A stretch of 64,000 bases of DNA, taken from contig JAQULM010000002.1 of assembly GCA_028718605.1 (NCBI GenBank), positions 193,776 through 257,775 of the forward strand, read 5' to 3'. The DNA comes from Patescibacteria group bacterium (GTDB lineage Bacteria; Patescibacteriota; Patescibacteriia; UBA10025; JAHIVO01). Under the pieces are notes generated by a model. It was given only the letters and a program-made list of their open reading frames with translations, was not told the origin of the DNA and made no database searches. Position 1 is the stretch's first letter; every line of letters begins with the position of its first letter. This document shows, one piece after another, positions 54,446 through 64,000 of this stretch. Position numbers and translations under genes: made by a program.

Positions 54446-54916
54446 CTAACCAGCGGCCTCCCATTCTTTCACTCGCCGCTCAATCGCAGCGGCGACCTCG
54501 GGGAGGGCTTCATCCCCTCGCCCGTAACCAATGAGAGGGGCGATTTCCCTCCCATCAGTAATTTCTAGGCTGACTCGCATCTTTCGACGCGAGAACCTCT
54601 CGTCCACCCACCGGAGGCGGATGCCTATTGGCCGCCACCAGGTGGTTCCGTCACTATGTGTAAGCCCCCCTAAGCGGAGCCGTACATACGTTCCACCTGG
54701 CCACCAATAATCGATGACTAGGCAGTCGTCGAAGTCCCATTGGTCCTTCAACTCCTCTGGTAGAGGAGCTCCCCGCAGCGTTATCCGCCGCGGATTATTC
54801 AAATTTTTGGGCAGCACTTGGCCCAAAAATTCGTTCCGGCGTAGCCTTGCGACCACGCCTGAAATTGTAAATATCCCCTCCCAAGCTGGGAATGGGATCG
54901 ATATGGTAGCTTTCAT
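54446..54916 (-). CDS. hypothetical protein (156 aa, Trp-rich)
   Basis: ATG start with AAGGGGGG upstream. No recognisable family. Confidence 0.55.
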   Translation of the reverse strand: MKATISIPFPAWEGIFTISGVVARLRRNEFLGQVLPKNLNNPRRITLRGAPLPEELKDQWDFDDCLVIDYWWPGGTYVRLRLGGLTHSDGTTWWRPIGIRLRWVDERFSRRKMRVSLEITDGREIAPLIGYGRGDEALPEVAAAIERRVKEWEAAG

Positions 54917-55977
54917 ACGCTACCCCCCTTGTTTTTCGGCAACAGCTGGTTGCCGAGGGTTTTTGTTCCACCCCAACCCGTAATTGGGTGGGCTGTTTCT
55001 TTCATTTTTCAAGTTGGTTTCCCAACTGCAACCCCCACTACCATGAGTAATGGAGGCGCGCACTTAGGGCTAGGCCGCGTCTCGTTCACCGTGTTCCCGT
55101 GCCGCGAACTTGTATATGCGGCAGGGGAATTTTGGATTCCTGACAACGGACTAGCTGGTCGGCTTGAGATTTTCCATTAACCTCTCTCCTCATTGATCCG
55201 TTTCCTGACCGGTACAAGCAATGGTCGGGTGGCGGATCCTATAATTCCAAATGGAAAACTTCAAACACTGACATGGTCCTTCATAGCTTTATGCGAAGAA
55301 GGACAAAAGAACATAACAAAAGAACGATCACTCTATTTTTGAGTGTACTCGGGAGACAAAAGCTGTTTTCTCCCGGATACACCCGCCAATATAAAACGGG
55401 CCCAATCACTTTATGAGAGAGCCCGTTTTATTGACTGGATATTGTCATAGATAAAAAAATAATCTACAACGCTCTCAATGGCTTTCGCCACTGTGGTCAC
55501 CATGTCCATTTCCTCTCCAAAACGGACGAAGGCGCTCTCTCCACGCAGCCCCGAGCGATTCCCTGGGCTGCGGTACACTATTTAATTTTCAAATTGCTAC
55601 CCTCTCCTCTCGGTTGATACTCTTCACTGGTTTCTCCCGCATGCCTGCGGGAGAAGGACACTGACGAGTATCGCCGTACATCCGTCCGTGGTATATCGAG
55701 GGCTACCTCTCTCCTGCCGTAACCCTCAATATATCAGCTGGAAATGGATGGACAGTGATGAGCCTGCGTAGCTGGCCGTCTCCTGTTAGATAACCGGCTA
55801 TCACGTATGGCTTTCAGTGCGATGTAAGGTGCTTTGGCGAAAGAACAAATTTTTTACGTAACAGGGCAGTATATACCTATGTACTTTTTATGTCAATCTC
55901 TATTGCCACAACTTATACACTAAACGTTATTAATCATTGATAATAGTATTATTCGCACTCAATTTATTGAATATATA

Positions 55978-56018
55978 TGTCAAAAATATTTGACATTGAT
56001 TATGAAGCATGCTATTAT
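55978..56018 (+). promoter_or_regulatory. near-consensus promoter (-35 TTGACA 55990-95, 17-nt spacer, -10 TATTAT 56013-18) overlapped by the palindrome TGTCAAA-AATA-TTTGACA (55978-55995); candidate autoregulatory operator of the TrmB-like gene
   Basis: Seen directly in the AT-rich region 35 nt upstream of the 56053 ATG. Confidence 0.45.
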
Positions 56019-56052
56019 TACCCTACTGATTGAGTATTAATCCGCTTTTTCT

Positions 56053-56826
56053 ATGCCAACCCCCACTAACCTGGCTGTACTGTTATCCACAGTCGGCCTT
56101 GAACCAAAAGAAGCTCTGGTCTATGAGGCCTTATTGGGATTGGGGAAAACGGGCATAGGCCAGCTCCTCAACCGCGTGCCGTACAAGCGCGGCAATACCT
56201 ACGTCCTGGTGTATTCCCTGATAAAGAAAGGCTTGGTAGCGGAAATTGAAGAACACGGCCGGAAGGTATTCGTTGTCGAGCCCCCGGACCGTCTTATGGC
56301 GCTTGTTGAAGAGCGCCAAAAAGACACGGCTCGCCAGCAGCAAACCCTGGACCGTGCGCTCCCCGATCTTCTATCACGCTACCGGCTCGCGATGAACAAA
56401 CCAGGCGTACGGTACTTCGAAGGCAGGGAAGGAATCATAAAAATCTACGAAGAGCTGCTCGCAAATAACCTGCCGATCGACAGCATCGAAGAAAAAGGCG
56501 ACCTTGTCGCGTACCTCCCAGATTATGCCCCGGAGTACGTGCGCAAACGAATCGCGAAAAAACTATTTAATCGCGTTATCTCTCCAGATTCAAATTCATT
56601 GAACAAAACAGATCCGGCCAAATTCATCGAAGCCCGGCTCGCTCCTGCAGCGCGATTCCCGTTTCGCATGGACATCAAAATTAGCGGGAACAAAGTCTCA
56701 CTGATTACGTTCCAAAAAGAAGACGCTGTCGGCGTACTCATCGACAATCCTGAGATCGCTGCCAACTTCCACATCCTCTTCGAATTCCTCTGGGGCCTTA
56801 TGCCGCACGCTGCGACCGCTGTATAA
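56053..56826 (+). CDS. TrmB-family transcriptional regulator (N-terminal winged HTH)
   Basis: 257 aa. N-terminus LGLEPKEALVYEALLGLGKTGIGQLLNRVPYKRGNTYVLVYSLIKKGLV matches the TrmB HTH pattern. Confidence 0.7.
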   Translation: MPTPTNLAVLLSTVGLEPKEALVYEALLGLGKTGIGQLLNRVPYKRGNTYVLVYSLIKKGLVAEIEEHGRKVFVVEPPDRLMALVEERQKDTARQQQTLDRALPDLLSRYRLAMNKPGVRYFEGREGIIKIYEELLANNLPIDSIEEKGDLVAYLPDYAPEYVRKRIAKKLFNRVISPDSNSLNKTDPAKFIEARLAPAARFPFRMDIKISGNKVSLITFQKEDAVGVLIDNPEIAANFHILFEFLWGLMPHAATAV

Positions 56827-59800
56827 CTGTTTGCTCAACACCGCCATGCGCGTTAAGGCTACGGAGGTACTCCGCATTACCCGCGACAGCATCGAGCCGC
56901 ACCAACCGGCAGCCCGGTTCGAGCATTTTTGACATCTGCCCACCGTCAAGCGGCCCATTGCTGATAAGCACAGCAAGCGGTGCATCCGTCGTTTTGTAGT
57001 CCTCGCCTTTGATACCGGGGCCTTGCACGATGTAGATTTCTGGTTCCGCTGGAATGACGCCCTGGCGAGCTAACTCATTCAGTTCTTGCTGAACGCCTTG
57101 GAGCTCTGCGATGCGGTAGTACCGCCCAAAATTTTCACGGACATTATCGTCCAAATACATGCCACCCGTCTTCAGCTTCTTCACCACATCTACTATGAAC
57201 TTTCCGTACTTTTCCCGGTCCACATAAACAGTTGACCGCACGCCAAGTGCCACGTCAATCTGCCCATCGCGCAGTTTATTTACTTCCGAAAAATCTCCTA
57301 ACATAACACCTGCCGGATGGGCATTGAGGAGTTCATATACATCCTGCTCGTCAAAATCATCACGCAAATATTTTTCAACCTCGCGAATTAACAGCTGGCG
57401 CGCATCCTGCCATACTGCCGTTTGGCGTGCTACCTCGAACTTTTGAGCATATATCGGGCCATCCGGCGTTTCTATCGCCTGGCTCGTCGGCACCGCCTCG
57501 GCGTCCTGCATTTTTTTGCCGGAATCTTTTAAGTGCTTTTTCAAAGCATTAGGATCGCGGACAATGTCGCTCTGGACATCCTGGTTGTACTCAATTTTGC
57601 CAGCCGCTGTCTGGCCGGCTTTTATGAGGATAGTTCGTTTTACATACTCAACCAGAGACTGCCGATCCTGTTCCTTGAGTTCCTTGCCAAGTGCGACTTC
57701 AATTTTGTCAAAATCAATCAACCGTTGTATGGGCCCCGCCAGATCATAATACAGCGCATCACTCATGGCGAATTCAGTGAAATTATCCGCTGCACCGGAT
57801 AACCGTAATTTGTGTTTGGCCAAACCGCTGCCCGGCCCGAACTCGAGCAGAGTCTTTTTGCCATCGCCCTGGCCGCTCTGGCCTGCTCCCCTGAGCACTT
57901 CCGCCACATTTACGCCTAAACGCTGATTGTACTCCTCCGGTTGACGGTCAACTTTCCAGTACAATTCCGGCATCGGCCTGAGTTTGCCCATTGCATTCAA
58001 TGCGCGCAAATAGATTGCTTCACTCGGCTGTTCCGATCCTCCGATGCTCTGCATGACCATTTCTTGGGCGCGCTCATACTCCGCCAAATCAACGTTATCC
58101 CGCGTGAGAAGCTCCGCAATCTTCATAAATTGTACTCTCAAAACTTCATGAAATGCGGTTTCTTTTTTTAGTTCGGCTATAACTTCACTGACATCGAGAC
58201 CCCCCTGTTCCATTTTATTAAAACTTTCTTTCAATAAATCTTTCGCGCGCACCATCAAACACTCATATATTTCTTGCTGGGACAGCGTAGCACCAGCAGG
58301 TACTCGTGATAATTCTCCCACTAACTTCTCGCTTTTTTCACGTGCGTTATGAGTCAACGCCGCAAATTCTTTAAAAATAATCTGAACTTCTTCGGGTTTC
58401 ATTTTTTTCCCAAGTTCAAGTATTCTTTCGCCCATCGACGGATCGAATTCGGTAGACAAAAAAGTTGTCATGCCGTCGTTGCCATACCGTTTGGTAAATT
58501 CCATTACAGGCTTGGCCTCTTCAGCCCCCCGCCTCTTAATAAATTTCAGAAAATAATTTTGCTCGGGAAGCGTAAGCTGTGAAAGCTCGACGCCAAAATC
58601 TTGATGGATTTGCTCCCGCATCGGGCCACTTTGCAAATACTCATAATCAAAAAGGGTCTGCATGTCAGCTTCTTTGTCTGACGGACCTTTCCCGCTCCTT
58701 GACAGTGTTATGTCTGGTACTTCCAGTTTTTTTAGAAAAAATCCCGCTCTCTGGGACAGCAAACCCCTGTGCTTTATAACGTCTTCCCTGGACGGACTCC
58801 ACTCAAGATACTGCAATCCACTGGCTCGTGCCGCCTTAATTGCCTCCTCCGGGGGCATCATGTGTTCTTCGTGCTCCCGAAGTTCAAGTTGCACAGACTT
58901 AATCTCTGGGTAATCGTCCGGATCGGAAATCGCCAATCTCCCGTCATGCCTAAAGCTACCAAAACGCTGCGGTGCTATAGCAAACGCGTTATTATCGTTC
59001 CGATGATACTCACCACTCTCCATTTCTGACAGTAGCTGCCTCGCCCTGCTATTCAGAAGATAGCTTCCCTCATTCTTTTCAGCCACTGCCCGGAGAACGC
59101 TGATTAACGTTTCCTTTATTTTCACTTCGGAGAACTGCGCGTTATCAGAATACGCATGCAACTGTCTAATAAATTCAAGCCATCTTCCCGTGCGGTTAAA
59201 ATTATTGCTATTTTTAAAGTCGAGGCTTCCCTTAAAAGCCTTTTCATAGTTGAAAAAGGAAGCTAGATAATTCATCGCATCAACGGAAGTTGCTTTAAAT
59301 TCGGGGGACACGTCGGGTCGCCAGTTCATATCTGCCATCCCGTTGAGTAGTAAATCATTATTTATCGTCTGGCCGTTTTGTGATAACACTTTCCAGTACG
59401 CTTCAGCTTGCTCGGGATACTCAAAATACAGCTCCCGCAACACCGTAAATGATTTATCGACCGAGGATGACGTATCCTTGTCATTATCGCGGCGAAAATC
59501 ACCATGCAGCTGCACCGCATTTTCCATTTCGCAACAGAACGACCACAATTCCGTTTCTTTAATGTTGTTTTCCCTCGCTAGCTGAAAACCTCGGCTCATG
59601 ATTACCCTAAAAACCGATTCAGGAAGCTGATGTCGCCGTCCCGCTATTTCGTCAAATAAAAATAAAAACTTCCTATACCCTCGTACATCAAGGGAGGAAA
59701 TCATTGCACATGCTTCTGAATAGTCGTCCTTATCTTCAACATCACCAGATACTAATAACTCCAGTGCTTTTTTTTCGACCGGCATGTCTTGCTCGCCCTC

Positions 59801-59863
59801 GTGCAATTCCTCCGAAACTTGCTGATGGCGGATATCATTATTGATTTCCATGCCCGCTCTCAT
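56798..59863 (-). CDS. large hypothetical cytoplasmic protein (1,021 aa), E/K/D-rich, possible C-terminal Rossmann/SAM-methyltransferase-like GxGxG motif (LLEFGPGSG)
   Basis: Uninterrupted ATG ORF. Convergent 29-nt overlap with the TrmB-like gene. No family recognised. Confidence 0.7.
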   Translation of the reverse strand: MRAGMEINNDIRHQQVSEELHEGEQDMPVEKKALELLVSGDVEDKDDYSEACAMISSLDVRGYRKFLFLFDEIAGRRHQLPESVFRVIMSRGFQLARENNIKETELWSFCCEMENAVQLHGDFRRDNDKDTSSSVDKSFTVLRELYFEYPEQAEAYWKVLSQNGQTINNDLLLNGMADMNWRPDVSPEFKATSVDAMNYLASFFNYEKAFKGSLDFKNSNNFNRTGRWLEFIRQLHAYSDNAQFSEVKIKETLISVLRAVAEKNEGSYLLNSRARQLLSEMESGEYHRNDNNAFAIAPQRFGSFRHDGRLAISDPDDYPEIKSVQLELREHEEHMMPPEEAIKAARASGLQYLEWSPSREDVIKHRGLLSQRAGFFLKKLEVPDITLSRSGKGPSDKEADMQTLFDYEYLQSGPMREQIHQDFGVELSQLTLPEQNYFLKFIKRRGAEEAKPVMEFTKRYGNDGMTTFLSTEFDPSMGERILELGKKMKPEEVQIIFKEFAALTHNAREKSEKLVGELSRVPAGATLSQQEIYECLMVRAKDLLKESFNKMEQGGLDVSEVIAELKKETAFHEVLRVQFMKIAELLTRDNVDLAEYERAQEMVMQSIGGSEQPSEAIYLRALNAMGKLRPMPELYWKVDRQPEEYNQRLGVNVAEVLRGAGQSGQGDGKKTLLEFGPGSGLAKHKLRLSGAADNFTEFAMSDALYYDLAGPIQRLIDFDKIEVALGKELKEQDRQSLVEYVKRTILIKAGQTAAGKIEYNQDVQSDIVRDPNALKKHLKDSGKKMQDAEAVPTSQAIETPDGPIYAQKFEVARQTAVWQDARQLLIREVEKYLRDDFDEQDVYELLNAHPAGVMLGDFSEVNKLRDGQIDVALGVRSTVYVDREKYGKFIVDVVKKLKTGGMYLDDNVRENFGRYYRIAELQGVQQELNELARQGVIPAEPEIYIVQGPGIKGEDYKTTDAPLAVLISNGPLDGGQMSKMLEPGCRLVRLDAVAGNAEYLRSLNAHGGVEQTVIQRSQRAA

Positions 59864-59961
59864 AAACTTGCAATTATTTGCTACCTACATCTTACCACCT
59901 TTAACGATACATAATATATATATTTTTTCTTACTGTCAATGTCTGCTATAGTGTACATGCT

Positions 59962-61950
59962 ATGGAATTCAAACTCCAATCAAAATTCAAACCAACCGGC
60001 GACCAACCCCGTGCCATTAAACAGCTCGTTGCTGGCCTGAACAAGGGCTACTCGCACCAGACCCTGCTCGGGGTGACCGGCTCGGGCAAGACGTTCACCA
60101 TGGCCAACGTGATCCAGAAGGTGCAGAAACCCACGCTGGTGATTTCGCATAACAAGACGCTCGCCGCGCAGCTCGCGTCCGAATTCCAGGACTTTTTTCC
60201 TGAAAATTCCGTCAATTACTTCGTTTCATACTACGACTACTACCAGCCCGAGGCGTACATTCCCCGCACCGACACGTACATCGAGAAAGAAACGCAGCTC
60301 AACGAGGAAATTGACCGGCTGCGGCACGCGTCAACGACAGCGCTGCTCTCGCGCGACGACGTCATCATCGTCGCGTCCGTGTCCTGCATCTACGGCCTGG
60401 GATCACCGACTGAATACAAGCAGGATGTACTCAAGCTTGAAAAAGGGTCATCCCTCAAGCGCGATATAATCCTCCATGCGCTCGTGAACATCCGGTACCA
60501 ACGTACCCAATCAGATCTCTGGCGCAGCAAGTTTCGCGTTGCCGGCGACGTACTTGAAGTATTCCCGGCGTATTCGGAGAATAATTTTTTCCGGATCGAA
60601 TTCTACGGCGATACCATTGAAAAAATCAGCGAGGTCGATTCCCTCACGAGAAAAACACTCGCAACGATGGACGCTGTCGATATTTATCCCGCAAAGCACT
60701 ACCTCGCACCCGACGAAACGATGAAACGGGCGCTCCAGCAAATCGCGGCAGACCTCGATACCCAGGTTGCGCGGCTAAAAAAAGAAAACAAGCTTCTCGA
60801 AGCGCAGCGCCTGGATCAACGGACGCGGTACGACCTGGAAATGATCAAGGAAATCGGGTACTGCAACGGCATCGAGAACTACTCGCGGTATTTCGACGGC
60901 AGGAAGCCGGGCCAGCCGCCATTTACCCTCATTGACTTCTTCCCTGACGACTTTCTGACAATCATCGATGAATCGCACATGTCCGTGCCCCAAATACGCG
61001 GCATGTATTTCGGCGACCGTTCACGCAAGGAAACGCTCGTCAGCTTCGGGTTCCGGCTGCCGGCAGCGCTCGATAACCGGCCGCTGAAATACGAGGAGTT
61101 CGCCAAAAAAATGAAGCAAACGGTGTACACATCGGCAACACCGACTGACTATGAGCGTGAAATGTCCCAACAGGTCGTCGAGCAGATCATCCGGCCGACC
61201 GGGCTCCTGGACCCGACGATTGAGGTCAAACCAACGGAAAACCAGATCGACGACTTAATCGCGGAAATCAAGGCGCGAGTCGCGAAAAAACAGCGCGTGC
61301 TCGTAACAACACTCACGAAACGCATGGCCGAGGACCTCACTGATTATCTCGCTGACTTGGAAATCAAGGTACAATACCTGCACTCCGAGGTGGATACCAT
61401 GGAACGGCTGGAAATACTGCGCGACCTGCGTTCTGGCGCGTACGACGTCGTCGTTGGTATCAACCTGCTGCGCGAAGGCTTGGACCTACCCGAGGTGTCA
61501 CTGATCGCTATCCTGGACGCTGACAAGGAAGGTTACCTCCGCTCTGACACTGCCCTGATTCAAACCATGGGCAGGGCTGCGCGCCACGTCGAAGGGCACA
61601 TCATCATGTACGCTGACAAAGTAACGGACTCCATGCGCCGCGCGATCCACGAAACAAACCGCCGCCGCACGATCCAACGGGGGTACAACGAGGAACATGG
61701 CATTACGCCCCAATCAATCACCAAGGCAATCAAGGAAACACGGCTTGCCGGCGCGAAAGCTGCTGCCCCGGAAACGGCGAAATTTCCGCTTAAGGACATC
61801 CCGCGGGAAGAGATCTCGCACCTCATCGCCGACCTCGAATCGCACATGGAGATTGCCGCGAGGAATTTAGAGTTTGAGAAAGCAGCAGCCATCCGCGACC
61901 AGCTTCAGCTTCTCAAAAATACATCAGCACGTAAAAAACGCCGGCGATAA
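59962..61950 (+). CDS. uvrB: excinuclease ABC subunit B
   Basis: 662 aa. GVTGSGKT Walker A, DESH box, C-terminal UVR domain AAIRDQL. Confidence 0.97.
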   Translation: MEFKLQSKFKPTGDQPRAIKQLVAGLNKGYSHQTLLGVTGSGKTFTMANVIQKVQKPTLVISHNKTLAAQLASEFQDFFPENSVNYFVSYYDYYQPEAYIPRTDTYIEKETQLNEEIDRLRHASTTALLSRDDVIIVASVSCIYGLGSPTEYKQDVLKLEKGSSLKRDIILHALVNIRYQRTQSDLWRSKFRVAGDVLEVFPAYSENNFFRIEFYGDTIEKISEVDSLTRKTLATMDAVDIYPAKHYLAPDETMKRALQQIAADLDTQVARLKKENKLLEAQRLDQRTRYDLEMIKEIGYCNGIENYSRYFDGRKPGQPPFTLIDFFPDDFLTIIDESHMSVPQIRGMYFGDRSRKETLVSFGFRLPAALDNRPLKYEEFAKKMKQTVYTSATPTDYEREMSQQVVEQIIRPTGLLDPTIEVKPTENQIDDLIAEIKARVAKKQRVLVTTLTKRMAEDLTDYLADLEIKVQYLHSEVDTMERLEILRDLRSGAYDVVVGINLLREGLDLPEVSLIAILDADKEGYLRSDTALIQTMGRAARHVEGHIIMYADKVTDSMRRAIHETNRRRTIQRGYNEEHGITPQSITKAIKETRLAGAKAAAPETAKFPLKDIPREEISHLIADLESHMEIAARNLEFEKAAAIRDQLQLLKNTSARKKRRR

Positions 61951-61999
61951 ACCGCTCTGTCGTTGAACCGCGGAACACCGTCTTTGTCGCAAAGAAAAA

Positions 62000-62038
62000 G
62001 AGCCGCCCGGTACATTCCTATGTACACATAAGCGGCTC
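62000..62038. terminator. two-tier hairpin between convergent uvrB and the sigma-factor gene (GAGCCGC...GTACAT-tcct-ATGTAC...GCGGCTC), A-rich 5' / T-rich 3'
   Basis: Seen directly; likely a bidirectional terminator. Confidence 0.35.
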
Positions 62039-62039
62039 G

Positions 62040-63950
62040 TTAATTATCACCTCCTGAAAATACTGTGTTCAAATAGCTTCTGAGCGACCGCGACCGGCTC
62101 GCGTGCCGCATTCTGCGGATCGCCTTTTCCTTGATCTGCCTGACACGCTCGCGGGTCTTGGCGCACTGGGCACCAATCTCCTCAAGCGTATATGACCGTT
62201 CCCTATTGAGGCCGAAATAGAGAGTAAGCACCCAGGCTTCGATTGGTGTCAGTGTATCAAGCGCCTTTTCGATCTCGACCTTGAGACTGGCCTCAAGCGT
62301 CCCGATATCCGGCTGGTCTTTGGGGCCTGCTGGAATGATGTCGAGAAGGGTCCCCTCCTCGTCGTCATAACCAATCGGCTTGTCAAAAGAGAGTGCGTCG
62401 CGGCCCGACACAATCGTTGAGGCAACCTCTGCCTCAGACAGTGCCAATTCATGGGCAATCTCCTCCGACGAAGGTTCGCGGCCGAGCGTTTGCTGCAGAC
62501 GCGCAGTCGTCTTCCCAATCTTGTGGAGAACGCCAACCCGGTTGAGGGGGAGACGCACGGCACGGCTGTGCTCGGCAAGCGCCTGCAGAATCGCCTGACG
62601 GATCCACCAGACAGCGTACGAGATGAACTTGAAGCCTCTCGTCTCGTCAAACCGCTTGGCAGCCTTGATCAGGCCGATGTTACCCTCGTTAATGAGGTCC
62701 GAGAGGGACAAACCCTGGTTCTGGTACTGCTTGGCGACAGACACGACGAAGCGCAGATTGGCACTGGTCAGCTTGTCGAGGGCTTTTTTACTGCCCTGTC
62801 GAATCTGCTGTGCAAGCCTCGCTTCTTCTGCCGCATTTATCAGTGGTGTTCCATTGATTTCCCGCAAATACACGTCGAGCGAATGGTCCTCGTCACGGAA
62901 CGACCGGCTTTTCCCAGAACTCGCCCGTTCTTCACGCACTTGTGGCGATCGAACAGGGCGCGTACGGGCAGTCTTCCGAACCTTCTGAGCAAGGGCTGGC
63001 GGCTCGGGCTCTATGTCGATGACAAGGTTTGCATACGCCTGAGCGTAGAACAGCCAAGAAACCATGCGGACCGCGTACCGCAGCGTATCACCGGCCAATT
63101 CCTTGAGCAATGGCTGATGAACGTGCTCCGGTACGGCTTCGATGAGCCGGTCCCACGGGCACAGGCGGACACCACCGTCATCGGGCATGAGCTCCAGCAG
63201 AAATGGATACTCAACGGCGAGCATGTACCAGAATTTCTCCGGTTCAAGCTCATGGAGTTCCTGATCCACTGGGCCATTGTCGCTCGTGATGGTGCGCAAA
63301 TCCGGAAACTCACCGCGCAGTGCGGCAAATTCATGGGGCTTGCACACCACGATCCTCCCGAGCAACTCGTGAATCACACCGAAGCCGGTCTCAACCGCAC
63401 TCGGTTGCCGCGGAATCGCGAAGCCTCCCGTGAGCACCGGTGGCTGAGCGTCTGATGGCGCCGTAGAGCCACGGTAGTGCTGTACGAGACGGAGGTACAC
63501 GGTGGGGCTGATGCCGATGGATGCAGCGGTAGGTACGATCGTATTCGGATCGTACATGCGTCCAACGAGTTCTGCCTCGGTGCATTTATGCTTCTGGCAA
63601 TACGCCGTAAGGGCTGCATACGCCTTCGCGGGGATGCTAATCCCCGTGGGATGCGCTTGCAGTTCGCCGCCGAACTGCACCGCGGTCGTGGACGCAGCGA
63701 TGAGCTGTGAAACTGCATCGCTATCCAATCCCGCGACTTGGCGCGTGCGTACCCAGTCTGCGAGCTGCGGCATGGTTAGGGACGCATACCGCTTCCGCTT
63801 CTGGAGCTGCCGCAATGCCGCAGGCCATGACCGAAACTTCTGCCATAACTGTGCGATCTCATGGCCGACGATGCCTTCACCGATCCCTTTGAACGGGGAA
63901 CCGGCGATCGATCGAACGGAAGCTGCCGGCTGTTGGGCTGGCGCAACCAA
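62040..63950 (-). CDS. RNA polymerase sigma-70 family factor (RpoD-like regions 2-4) with a >330-aa non-canonical N-terminal extension; 5' end uncertain
   Basis: C-terminal half: DLINEGNIGLIKAAKRFD (2.2), FISYAVWWIRQAI (2.3/2.4), region 4 LEEIGAQCAKTRERVRQIKEKAIRRMR. The track start is a TTG and the frame stays open to the window end, so the true start may lie beyond 64000. Confidence 0.85.
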   Translation of the reverse strand: MVAPAQQPAASVRSIAGSPFKGIGEGIVGHEIAQLWQKFRSWPAALRQLQKRKRYASLTMPQLADWVRTRQVAGLDSDAVSQLIAASTTAVQFGGELQAHPTGISIPAKAYAALTAYCQKHKCTEAELVGRMYDPNTIVPTAASIGISPTVYLRLVQHYRGSTAPSDAQPPVLTGGFAIPRQPSAVETGFGVIHELLGRIVVCKPHEFAALRGEFPDLRTITSDNGPVDQELHELEPEKFWYMLAVEYPFLLELMPDDGGVRLCPWDRLIEAVPEHVHQPLLKELAGDTLRYAVRMVSWLFYAQAYANLVIDIEPEPPALAQKVRKTARTRPVRSPQVREERASSGKSRSFRDEDHSLDVYLREINGTPLINAAEEARLAQQIRQGSKKALDKLTSANLRFVVSVAKQYQNQGLSLSDLINEGNIGLIKAAKRFDETRGFKFISYAVWWIRQAILQALAEHSRAVRLPLNRVGVLHKIGKTTARLQQTLGREPSSEEIAHELALSEAEVASTIVSGRDALSFDKPIGYDDEEGTLLDIIPAGPKDQPDIGTLEASLKVEIEKALDTLTPIEAWVLTLYFGLNRERSYTLEEIGAQCAKTRERVRQIKEKAIRRMRHASRSRSLRSYLNTVFSGGDN

Positions 63951-64000
63951 CTCAGTCGCGGGAAGCGACTCGATCTCGTACCACCACAGGCAGCGGTGAA

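Noticed and set aside
54929-55180. 83-aa + strand ORF upstream of the 156-aa gene
   Set aside because: TTG start, runs through a terminator-like hairpin, low-complexity composition.
1-64000. CRISPR arrays, rRNA genes, IS elements/transposases, integrases
   Set aside because: No regularly spaced direct repeats, no rRNA-like conserved stretches, and no ORF with transposase or integrase motifs was found on either strand.

Overview
Overview: a high-GC (~58-60%) bacterial chromosomal segment that uses the standard genetic code; rpoB and rpoC are intact long ORFs with no recoded UGA.

Giant gene (1-23,135): the left 23.1 kb is one minus-strand ORF missing from the ORF track because it runs off the window start and never closes. 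It is more than 7,700 codons long. The N-terminus is a cytoplasmic MerR/excisionase-type HTH, followed by a Pro-rich linker and a single TM helix. The rest is a long extracellular region of beta-helix-like G/T/S/N repeat arrays, Cna-B/CarbopepD-like beta-sandwich modules, phage tail-collar-like modules, and large internal duplications.

Housekeeping block on the minus strand, in order: plsX, two hypotheticals, recA, rodZ-like, ftsK, rpoC, rpoB, a NUDIX hydrolase, a Mur ligase, cutA, a lipoprotein, and metK. metK is preceded by a well-conserved SAM-I riboswitch with its terminator hairpin abutting the start codon.

Right half: a DUF1080/LamG-like membrane protein (+), pckA, an aminotransferase, tRNA-Arg(CCG), a sugar nucleotidyltransferase, FemAB, ruvA, and an Ig-repeat protein. 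Then come malQ (+), a small island of unknown genes with AT-rich flanks and duplicated 40-nt hairpins, a TrmB-family regulator (+), a 1,021-aa unknown protein, uvrB (+), and a sigma-70 factor with a ~330-aa N-terminal extension.

No CRISPR array, rRNA, transposase or reverse transcriptase was seen.

Lineage (inference): the gene content (short RpoB/RpoC, FemAB plus Mur ligase, a giant repeat surface protein, extended sigma factor) resembles small-genome Patescibacteria/CPR-like lineages.

Most interesting candidates: the giant HTH-anchored surface protein, and a ~75-nt conserved intergenic element present in two copies with stem covariation.
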